From the NCBI GenBank assembly GCA_038204995.1, contig JBBRCH010000018.1, forward strand, positions 383 to 64,382: DNA of 64,000 nucleotides. Reading direction: 5' to 3'. Under the pieces are notes generated by a model. It ran no database searches. It was not told the DNA's origin and saw only the letters and a list, made by a program, of their open reading frames with translations. This document shows positions 38,901-50,900 of this stretch, one piece after another. Position 1 is the stretch's first letter. Each line of letters opens with the position of its first letter. Source of the stretch: Bacteroidales bacterium. GTDB lineage: Bacteria; Bacteroidota; Bacteroidia; Bacteroidales; UBA4417. Made by a program: the position numbers and the translations under genes.

Positions 38901-41900
38901 TGTGAATTCAAATAATTCATTAGCTTATGTAACCTTTGAATATGGTCTGGACGAATTGTACGGCAGCGTTGTTGATGGAAATCCATCTTTTGTCCTCGGC
39001 AATTATGATCAATCTATAACCGCTAATATAAGTGGTCTTGATTTGAATACGGCCTATCATTACAGAATAATAAGCGCAAATTCAGAAGGTACAACCTATG
39101 GAGCTGATATGACTTTTACAACCTTCAATACCCCTTATTGTATTCCTGTTTACGGTACCGGCTGTGAATCGTATGACATTGGATTAACCTATTTCGGGTT
39201 AAATACTATTTCCCAGGCGATCACATGTACAGGATCACCAACTTATTATCATGATTTTACCTCTTCTTCAACCGATCTTGCAATAAACGGTTCTTATGTC
39301 GTTTCAGTCACAGCAGGATACGGATATTCAAGCTATCCAACAGCTTTAACAGTATGGATTGATTACAATCAAAATGAGGCTTTTGACGGAGGTAGCGAAA
39401 CTATCGGAAATGTAGATTGTTACATTGCAGGAGATACGTATACCTTTCCCTTCACGGTTTCTGCCTCAGCTTTAACCGGAAATACCGTGCTTAGAGCGAT
39501 GACTTCCTATGTGAATGCTCCGGCGGATCCGTGTGGTTATTATGAATATGGGAATTGCAGTGATTTCACTATGAATATTACTGATGCTGTGACTCCCCCG
39601 ACTGTGACTACGCTTGCAGCTACGGGAGTAACTTCCACGGAAGCTGTGCTGAATGGAACAGTGAATGCAAATGATTCTCCTACACAGGTTGTATTCCACT
39701 ATGGTTTGGATGCAGGCTATGGAAACAGTATTAATGGAGTTCCCGGAACCGTTACCGGAAACATAGCCACCGATGTAACTACTAACTTGTCATTATTAAT
39801 GCCAAATACAACATACTATTATGAAGTAACTGGCTTTGGACCTGGAGGTGCCGTTTCAGGCGGGAATATGACATTTACTACTGTAGCAGCGCCGCCTTCG
39901 GTTACAACAGGAGGTGCAACCAACATTACAGGTATCTCAGCAACATTGAATGGAACTGTGGATGCAAATAATTCCGCATCAACCGTTTCGTTTGAATATG
40001 GATTATCAGATTCATATGGTTCAACTATTGATGGAACACCGTACGATATTACAGGTAATTACATTCAGGTCGTAACAGCAAATTTAACCGGACTGGATTT
40101 GAATACTATTTATCATTACAGGATTGTCAGTACAAATTCAGCAGGGACCTCCTATGGTAATGATATGACATTCAACACCTTGCCCACGCTTTATTGTATT
40201 CCTGTCTACTCCTATGGTTGCGCTTCCTCAGGTATGGGTATAACCTATTTTGGCCTGAATACAATCTCACAGGATATCACTTGCAGTGGTACCCCGAGTT
40301 ATTACCATGATTTTACCTTATCTTCTACTACTGATCTTGGCCTGAACGGTACATACTCCGTCACAGTAAAAACCACGGGCGGGTACAATCAATATGTAAA
40401 AGTCTGGATTGATTACAATCAGAATAATGTATTTGATGGAGCAAGTGAAGTTGCCGGACAGGCTTACTTCCCATATAACTCAGGGGCAGCTTTCACCTTC
40501 CCGATAACAATTCCCGTTACTGCATTATCAGGTTCAAAAAGGCTTAGAATAATGACAAGATATTCCCCTTACGGTTATCCGTCGGATCCTTGTTCAACTA
40601 CAGAATTATATGGAAACTGTAATGATTTCACTGTGAACCTGGTGCCACAAGGTGCTCCTCTGGTAACAACCATGCCCGCATCATTAATTTCGGGCAATAG
40701 CGCCACATTGAACGGATTTGTGAATCCCAACGGATTTACTTCCGACGTTTGGTTTGAGTATGGCCCGGATACTTCCTACGGGGATTCTGTTGGGGGATCT
40801 TCTACCCCATTGACAGGGAACATATCGGTTGCAGAAACTTTCGCTTTAACAGGACTTCCTTTCTCAACTACTTATCATTACAGGCTTGTCAGCCAAAATT
40901 CAGAAGGCATAACATACGGGGCCGATAAGGTTTTTACTACATTATCCACAATTTATTGTATACCTGTATTCGCAACCGGTTGTTCGACCGGCTATGGATT
41001 AACAAGTTTCACGTTGAATACTATTTCACAGGCCATTCCATGTACCGGCACACCAAGTTATTATCATGATTATACTGCCACCACAACCACCGATCTTATA
41101 CCGGGCAGTACGTATTCTATCGGATACACGGCAGGATACCACGATAATCGCCTTACAGTATGGATTGATTACAACCATAACAATATTTTCGATGTAGCTA
41201 CCGAAATGGCAGGGCAGGGATATGCATATAACAGCTATGGATATACCATCCCGATAACGATTCCTGCAACAGCCTTAACGGGTCCGACAAGGCTCAGGAT
41301 TACAGCCAGGGATTATTATACAGGATATCCTACAGATCCCTGTTCATTGACAGAACTCCTTGGTAACTGTGAAGATTTCACTGTCAACATTTTGCCACCC
41401 GGTCCGCCTTTGGCAAATACTCTTGCTGCAACTTCAATCGGAGGCACCATAGCTACTTTGAACGGATCGGTGAATCCCGATAATCTATCGACTTCGATCT
41501 CATTCGAATATGGTATTACAGATGCTTATGGAAGTACGATCACCGGCACGCCCTCTACGTTAACAGGGGGTGCTTTTCAGCCGGTAACAGCAGTGCCAAA
41601 CGATTTATTGCCGAATACCCTCTATCATTACAGGGTTCTGGCCTCAAATTCAAGCGGTAGCGTAGCCGGAAGTGACATGACATTTACTACCCTTTCAGCA
41701 ACTACAACACAGGCTTTAACGACTCCGGTATTTCTGGGTTCAATCAACCAGCAAATCATCGGGATAGAGATTGTTAATACAGGTTCATCCTATTCTACCC
41801 CGATTACTTCGTTCACTTTCAACACAAACGGTTGTACCCAGGTTTCCGATATTTCGAAAGCAAGGTTGTATTATACATACACAAATAATTACTTCTACCC

Positions 41901-44900
41901 CAGTTATCAATTCGGTTCAGATGTAACTAATTTTGGTGCTTTGGGTTCTTCTTTCAGTTTTTCAGGTTCGCAGGCTCTCCAAACCGGCACCAGTTATTTC
42001 TGGCTGGTGTATGACATTTCACCTACAGGAACTCCCGGCAATGTTTTGGATGCTGAATGTACATCCATCACTTCAGGTGGTGCTTTTAATCCGGCGGTTT
42101 CCGCCCCGGCAGGAAACAGATCCATCACAAGTGATAAATTCCTGGTCAATGTAACAGGAACCCAGGCCTCCACCAGTGCAGTAACGAAAGGATCGATGAA
42201 TAACGAAATACTTATGCTCGATTTCTATGTTGCCGGAACCACCGGTACTTTGCCTCTTAATAGTCTTTATGTTAATAATTCAGGTACGGATAGTGATATT
42301 GCTTCAGCAGGGGTAAAACTTTTTGTCACTTCTGATCCCGTGTTTGCAACTACAACTTCTCTGGGGACACCTCAAAGTTTCAGTTCATCATATGTTTATT
42401 TTAGTTCTCTTGCTTATGATCTGCCCGCTGGTCACACGTATATCTGGGTTACTTATGATATTGCCTCTGGAGCTTGTGGTAATCATACGGTTGATGCTTA
42501 TATCAACTCAGGTAATATTAACGTAAATGGTGTCACTTATCCCGCCACGACTCAAAATCCGGCAGGGAACCGCACGATTTTACCCTCAGTGGCATCAGTG
42601 CCTTTTACCGAATCATCATGGACTACGGTGCCTCCATGCGACTGGAATAAAGTAGGTTCTAACTGGTATAAGAGTAATTCTTCCAATGCGGGAGGAACTT
42701 CACCTGAAATGTATCTTTATGGTTACTACAGCACTTCGGGGGATAAAATAATCACTCCTCCTATTAATACTGCAGGTTTGCCATATCTGGTACTTAATTT
42801 CAAAGAGTACATTTCCTCTTATAGTACCGGATACACACTAAAAGTACAATCAAGCAGTAACGGAATAAACTGGACCGATGAACCTTGGTCATGGACTTCT
42901 ACAGGAAGCGGAAGTTTTGGCCCCTATGATATAACCACGTCTATTAACTCGAATTTAGGAGGCACTACTTATGTTGCTTTCACTTTTACAGGTAGTCCCT
43001 ATAATCTAGGCAACTGGTATATAGATAATGTATCAATTTCGACTCCTCAACCTCCTACTGTTACCACTGCAGCTACTACTTCCAACAACGAATGTACTGC
43101 AGTTTCGGGCGGAACCGTAATTGATAATCCTGCCAATAATGTAAGTGCAAGAGGAGTCTGCTGGAGTTTAGCGGCCAATCCGGATATATTAACTGATCCT
43201 TATACAACTGATGGTTCCGGTGTAGGAACATTTGTCAGCAATATTACAGGTTTAAGTGCCGGAACTACTTATCATGTAAGGGCTTATGCCACAAACAATA
43301 ATGGAACCGCTTATGGCAATGATGTCATTTTTACAACGTATGCCCCTGAAATTACAGGGATACCTGCAGTTTGTTCCGGATCCACTACAACCTTAAGCTG
43401 TTCCGTTCCAGGTGGGACATGGAGCAGTTCCACACCTGCTGTTGCCATTGTAGATCCAACAACAGGAGAGGTTACCGGTGTGTCTGCAGGCCAGTCGGTA
43501 ATAACTTACACATATACGAATGCAAACAGTTGTGTCTGCTCTGTAAACACTAATGTTTCAGTATCAGATCCTCCTGCAACTCCGGATCCGGTCACAGCCA
43601 CACCATCCGTATTATGTGGCAGCGGGACATCAAACCTGAATGCCATTTCTGTTGGAAACACAATTTACTGGTACACTGTTGAAACCGGAGGCACACCCAT
43701 AGGTAGCAGCGGCAGTGGGGTTGATTTTCCAGTTACTTTAAGCAGCACAACTACGTATTTTGCAGAATCAAACATCTCAACAGGAAGTAATTCCCAGACC
43801 TTTGATTATACCGGAAGTTACCAGACATTCACTGTGCCCGCCGGCGTTTATTCTATCAATATTGATGCTTATGGTGCCGAAGGTATAGGCTTGAATGGTT
43901 ATGCACCAGGTCAGGGTGGTCGTGCAAGGGGTGATATATCAGTAGTTCCCGGACAAGTATTCTACGTATATACAGGTGGAAATTCACTTTTTAACGGTGG
44001 TGGTAGTGGAAAAGGAGGTGCTAACGGAGGTGATGGAAGTGATGTGCGTTTTGGTGGAACAGCAATTTCCAACAGAATCATAGTTGCCGGTGGAGGTGGT
44101 GGAGCTGGTGGTGATAACTGGGGATGTTTTTCAGGAAATGGTGATGGAGGAGGTGGAACTGCCGGTTCTAATTATGTGGGTGGCGGAGGTGGTTCCGGCT
44201 ACAGTTTTTGCGGAGCCAACGGAGGAAATACAGGAGGATCCAGCGGATCAGCTTACCATGGCGGTGGCGGTGGCGGCGGCGGATTGACTTCCGGTGGTGC
44301 AGGCGCAATCGCTACAGGAAGTTCAGCAGCTTCACCCGGAATCCTGGGTTATGGAGGAGCATCGAATAACGCTTCAAGTTGTGGGGCTACCGGTGGCGGC
44401 GGCGGCGGTTACTATGGTGGAGGCGGAGCTGCCGGCACAAATTGCGGTGCCGGTCAGGGCGGCGGCGGTTCTTCCTGGACAGGAACTCTTGCCAATCCAT
44501 ATTTTGCTCCAGGAGTGAAAACCGGCAATGGGCAGGTAGTTATATCATGGGTTGCAGCAAACCCGAATTGCCCTGTAGCCGGAAGGACTCCGGTTACGGT
44601 TACCGTGGGCACAGCAGTCGATGGAGGAACAGTTTCTGGCGGCACAAGCGTTTGCAGCGGCACCAATAGCACACTTTTAACCCTAAGTGGTTATACAGGC
44701 ACTATACAGTGGCAGTCATCAATCAACAACATCACTTTCACTAACATAGCTGGTCAAACATCACCGACTTTTACAGCTGTAAACCTTGCCGTAAAAACCT
44801 ATTTCAAAGCTATGGTTACTGTAGGGTCATGTCAACCTGTGAGCAGTACAACAGATTCCATCACAGTCACATCCAACTTGCCTGTAAGTGTTTCCATAAC

Positions 44901-47900
44901 CGCCAATCAGAATCCGGTCTGCAACGGCAACCCGGTGACATTAACAGCCAGTCCTGTAAATGGAGGAGCATCACCTGTTTACAAGTGGCTCGTTAATCCT
45001 GACACTGTCGGAACAAATTCGAATCAATATACATACATTCCAAATGGTGGTGATCATGTCAAATGTGTTTTATTTTCCAGTTATACTTGTGCAACCGGAA
45101 ATCCTGCCATATCCAATACCATTACACTCAATACTTCCAGTCCTGTACCAACAATTGCAGGTTCTGAATTCGCTTGTGTCAGTTACCCGGATTATTCCTA
45201 TATCACTGAGACCGGAATGTCAAGCTACATATGGAATGTTTCGGCCGGAGGTACCATTATTTCAGGTGGTAATGGCTATAATTATGTTGTTGTGAACTGG
45301 AATACAACCGGCGCTCAAACTGTTAGCGTGAATTACACAAACAGCTATTCATGTACTGCCTCTGCGCCTACTGTAAAAAATATTGCTGTCAATACTGTAC
45401 CTGTTCCAACTATTACAGGACCAGCAACTGTTTGTACAGGGTCAACCGGAAATGCTTATTCAACCGAAGCAGGCATGACGGAATATGCCTGGGCGGTTTC
45501 AGGTGGGACTATAACGTCAGGAACAGGAACCAGTCAAATCACCGTAACATGGAACTCCGCCGGTGCGCGAACAGTGAGTGTGAACTATTCAAACGGATGT
45601 ACTCCTGCTTCTCCAACTGTCTATAATGTAACGGTGAACCCGGTTCCAACTCCTGGTTTATCCGGGCCAACACCTGTATGTGTAAACTCTGCCGGGAATG
45701 TGTATACTACCGAAGCCGGAATGAGCAATTATAGCTGGTCTGTTTCTGCCGGCGGTACTCTTACATCAGGTGGCTCAGCTACCGACAATACCGCTACCGT
45801 AACCTGGAATTCAGCAGGTGCCAGGAACGTACATGTCAATTATCAGAATTCTTTAGGCTGTTCTGCTGCTACTCCGGGAGTTTTCAATGTAACAGTCAAT
45901 CCTTTGCCTGTTCCTGCTTTAACCGGTTCTTCGACTATTTGCGATATACCATCAGCTGGCAATGTTTATTCCACTGAAGCAGGTATGACCGGATATTCCT
46001 GGAATGTTTCGGCTGGTGGCACAATCACTTCAGGTGGAAGCCCTACAGATAATACCATCACTATTACCTGGACCACTGCAGGATCTCAATCTGTAAGCAT
46101 CTCATATTCCAATGGTATTGGATGCACTCCGGTAAATCCAACCGTTAAGAATGTTAATGTTTACTCCTTGCCCGTTCCAACCATTACCGGGCCATCACCT
46201 GTATGCGGAATCCCCTCAACAGGCAATTTCTATCACACGGAAACCGGTATGACCGGATATTCATGGACTGTCTCACCCGGCGGTACAATCACATCAGGAG
46301 GTACAAATTACTACATTTATGTAACATGGAATACAGCAGGAGCAAAAACTGTTAGTGTTACATATTCAAGTAGTGTAGGATGTGCTTCTGCCACCCCGAC
46401 GGTTAAGAATGTTGATGTTTATGAAAAACCGGTTCCAACCATAACGGGACCTTCAACTATTTGCGGAACTCCTTCACCGGCTAATGTTTATGTGAGCGAA
46501 GCCGGTATGAGTGATTATTCCTGGACAGTTAGCGGTGGTACAATTACTGCAGGTGCAGGTACAAATTCAATAACTGTAAACTGGACATCACCAGGAGCAA
46601 GAAGTGTCAGGCTTACAGTAACTGATGGAAACGGATGCACTTCAGCTCAGATCGTTTATAATGTTGACGTGTATACATTCCCTGTTCCGTTTATTACAGG
46701 AGATGCCTCCATCTGTGATCCTCCCTCAGCAGGGCATGAATATTCTACTCAGCCAGGTATGACAGGATATATATGGACAGTTTCTGCGAGTGGAACGATT
46801 ACCGCCGGCGGAACAGCCACAGATAACGCAATTACCGTTACATGGACAACATTAGGAGCACAGAGTGTAAGTGTTTCGTACACTGATGCCTATGGTTGTA
46901 CTCCTTTGGTTCCAACCCTTAAGAATGTTAATGTTTATAGTTTACCTGTTCCAACAATTGCCGGTCCGGCATCTGTTTGTGGAATCCCATCAACAGGCAA
47001 CTATTATCATACTGAAACCGGTATGACAGGCTATTCATGGACTGTCTCGGCCGGTGGAACTATCACATCAGGAGGTTCCGGCAGCTACATCTATGTAACC
47101 TGGAATATTGCAGGGGCGCAGACTGTAAGCGTTACATATGCCGATCATGGTTGTACTCCTGTGAGCCCTACTGTCCGGAATGTTGATGTTTATGCAAAAC
47201 CGGCTCCTACTATTACGGGTCCGGTAATCATTTGCGGAACTCCATCGCCTGGCAATGTCTATGTTACTGAAGCAGGAATGACAGATTATTCCTGGGCCGT
47301 TTATGGCGGTACAATTACCGCCGGCACAGGAACAAATTCCATAACTGTGAACTGGACATCACCCGGAGCAAGGAGTGTAAGAGTTACAGTTACAGATGGT
47401 AACGGATGTACTTCAAATCAGACGATTTATAATGTCGATGTATATGCTTTGCCTATTCCTGTTATTGACGGGGATGCGTCAGTGTGTGATCCTCCTTCAG
47501 CAGGCCATGCCTATACCACTCAACCGGGAATGACAGGATATACATGGAATGTCTCAGCCGGTGGTACAATTACAAGCGGCCAAAGCACCAATACTATCGA
47601 TGTAACCTGGAACGCTGTTGGTAATCAGACTGTTGATGTTACATACACTGATACACATGGTTGTGCCACAGCAGCTCCCACAGTAAAGAATGTCTCTGTG
47701 AATCTTTATTTTCCTGTCGATATTTCAATTGCCGCTTCTTCTAATCCAATTTGCAACGGAAGCTATGTAACATATACAGCAACATCTGTTAATGCAGGTC
47801 CATCACCAATTTATCAATGGAAGGTAAATGGGATCAATGCAGGCTGGAATAGTTCGTCTTATTGGTATATTCCGACAAACGGAGATTACGTTACGTGTAT

Positions 47901-50900
47901 TCTGAATTCGAGTTTGCTTTGTGCAACCAATAATCCTGACACATCCAACACGATCGCGATGATTGTAAATCCGCACCCTGATGCGCCCATAAGTGGGGGT
48001 AATCAAACCGTATGCTCAACCACTCTGCCTGCATTACTCACAGCTACAGCACCGGCAGGCAGTATAGTTGACTGGTATCGGTATGCAAGCGGAGGAAGTG
48101 TTTTGTTGTCAGGCAGTAACACGTATTCCACATCTGCAGCGGGGAGTTATTATGCCGAGTCAAGGGATATATCAACAGGCTGTACAAGTACCAGCCGAAC
48201 TTTGGTTAATTTATCCGTTAACACAGCCGTTCAATATTTTATAGATCTTGATGGTGATGGATTTGGTAATCCCGAAGTTTCTGTATACGACTGCTCTCAA
48301 CCAGCCGGATATGCTGCTAATAACCTTGATTGCAATGATAATGATCCACTCGTAAATCCAAGTTCTCAGTATTTTGCATATACCGGGAATCCGGGGTTTG
48401 TTACCTCCATTGTTTCTCCTCCTACCGGATCTCCATCCACACTTTTCCACTTTGAAGCTGATTATTTTGATGCAACCAATTCACTGCCTCCCGCAGGTTA
48501 TCCCCGAGTGATACTTGATTATGAAGGAAACGGCAGTTATTTGGATCCCAACGATCGGGTTGTGCTCATGACCGCTACTGATTTTGCAGATCTTACTACA
48601 AATAACGGGAAGAGGTATTTTGCAGAAGTGAATGGTTTGCCTTATGGAACCAACTGGAAAGCTAAGATTCTCGTAAGTGACGCAATCAGCTGTAATACCA
48701 CATTTGGACCTTTTGATTGCCCGGATGTGCTGCATGAACCCAATGTATATATCTTCGCTAATGATATTACCATATCGCCGCCTCATCCTGATCCATCAGA
48801 GAACATTGTGGTTTCGGCGGTTGTTCATAACGAATCGGATTTTGATGCAACAAATTTTGCATGTCATTTGATAAATCAGTGGGACACTTTAGTTATTTAT
48901 CCGGATATTATCGTGGCAAATCTGCCTGCTCACCAGAATACGACCGTACAATGGAATATCACTTCTCCGGCTGTTCCGGCATGGTGTCCTATGCAGGTCA
49001 TAGTGGATTATACTAACGTAATAGCTGAAAATAACGAACTGGATAACTCTGCCGTCCGTCCGTTTGTGAACGGGAATTACCAGATCGCCGGCGCTATTGT
49101 GGTAACAAGTACAGTATCACCATCTGTTTCTTACTCAAATCAGTATAATTATCTGAATTTCAGTGGCAGAGCCTGGTATACTGCTCTGGCGGTTCAACTC
49201 AACGATTCAAGTGTAGCGGGTGCTACTGTCGATTTCACTGTTATCGAAACAGGAGCTACCTATTCGGGTTACACTAATTCGTGGGGGTACTTCAGCATCA
49301 GTTTCCCAGCTCCTGATCCTCCGGGAATTTATCATATTGTTGCTTCGGTTACTGATTTTACTTTGACTGGAGATTTCACCAACCAGTTTACTATTCTGGA
49401 TCCTATCATTCCTGAAATCAGACCAAACCTGGCACTTAACTATTGCCATTCAGTGGATGTTCAGCCTGTTAATCCGCATCTGGCGGCGAATGTTAACCTT
49501 ATTGCCCATGTTGTGAACAATGGTAATGCAACAGCCATTGGCCCTATTGAGGTGAGGTTTACTTATTCAACCGGCGGTACTTGGCTTGCACAGTATAATG
49601 GCGATCTGGCACCTGGTCAATCTGTCCCGATATCTGTAACAACTCCGGTTCCACCGGCAGCTACCCAACTTGTGGCCTACGCCGATCCCAATGACCTGGT
49701 CTATGAATGGAATGAAACTGACGGAGATAACTCCACCATCGACAACATGTGTTATGACTTTCAACCTGTAGGTATTTGCGGAGGTAATTTCTGGGGGACC
49801 CGGTGTGTTAATTCGTCAACAAACCTTTATGTAGGAGTGAATGTATCTCATCTCTATGATGCCAATCCTTTAGATGTTAAATTTGAGGTCAGCGGGCCTG
49901 GAATTGCCGGGTGGCAGAACCTTGGCGTCGGAACACTGAATAATTTAACGCGAAATTGTTATTGTCCATATGTAGTGGGTATACCTGATCAGTTCACCTT
50001 TACTGAAGTGGGTATTTATACTTTCCGGATGACAGTTGACCCGCAAAATGTTTATCCTGAATGCGATGAAGGTAATAATGTGCTTGTCGTAACAGTGAAT
50101 TCAGTTGCCTGCCTTCCGCCTGAAACTAAACCAAACCTGACATTTGCTTCCTGTCATTCACTGGATGTTCAGCCTGTTAATCCTCATCTCAGTGCAGGAG
50201 TTAACCTGATCGCTCATATTGTAAACAATGGCAATGCAACAGCCTTTGGCCCTATTGAAGTGTTGTTCAGCTATTCCACGGGAGAAACATGGACTGAACA
50301 ATATAATGGTAATCTTACTCCAGGTCAAAACGTTGATTTATCGGTCATCAATGCCCCATTACCTCCACTGGGAACATTAATGAGTGCATATGTTGACCCG
50401 AATAATCTGGTCAGTGAATGGAATGAATCGGATGGAGATAACTCAAGATCTGATAATATGTGCTACGATTTTCAAACTGTTCCTCATTGTGGTTCTAATT
50501 TCTGGTCACGAACCTATCTGGTAGGTCAGTCAACTTTATTATCTGTAGGGATGAATGTTTACCATTTGTATGATGCCAATCCAGTAAAGATGAAGTTCGA
50601 AGTAAGTGGACCTGGAATTTCGGGTACACAGAATCTTGGCATCGGTGTTTTGAGTAATGCCACCCGGAATTGCTGGTGTCCTTGGGTTATTGTGTTGCCA
50701 ACGCCGTATTCATTCTTCGAAGCGGGAACTTATACCTTTACGATGACTGCAGATCCTAATAATGAATACCCGGAATGCAATGAAGGTAATAATGTTCTGG
50801 TAGTTCAGGTAAATGTGTTGGATGGTGCAGATATGCGGATATTATCACAATTTATTAACCCGGATAAATTAAACCCTGATATTAATGAAGAGGTTTCACT

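Noticed and set aside
43930-43940. RGD tripeptide (GGRARGDISV) in the glycine-rich domain as an integrin-binding motif
   Set aside because: A tripeptide is expected by chance in a 5,950-aa protein, and no host-association context is visible.
44084-44672. Several 67-96-aa ORFs in alternative frames and on the opposite strand of the glycine-rich segment
   Set aside because: They are by-products of long GGN codon runs, which leave few stop codons in any frame. They lie wholly inside the 5,950-aa ORF.
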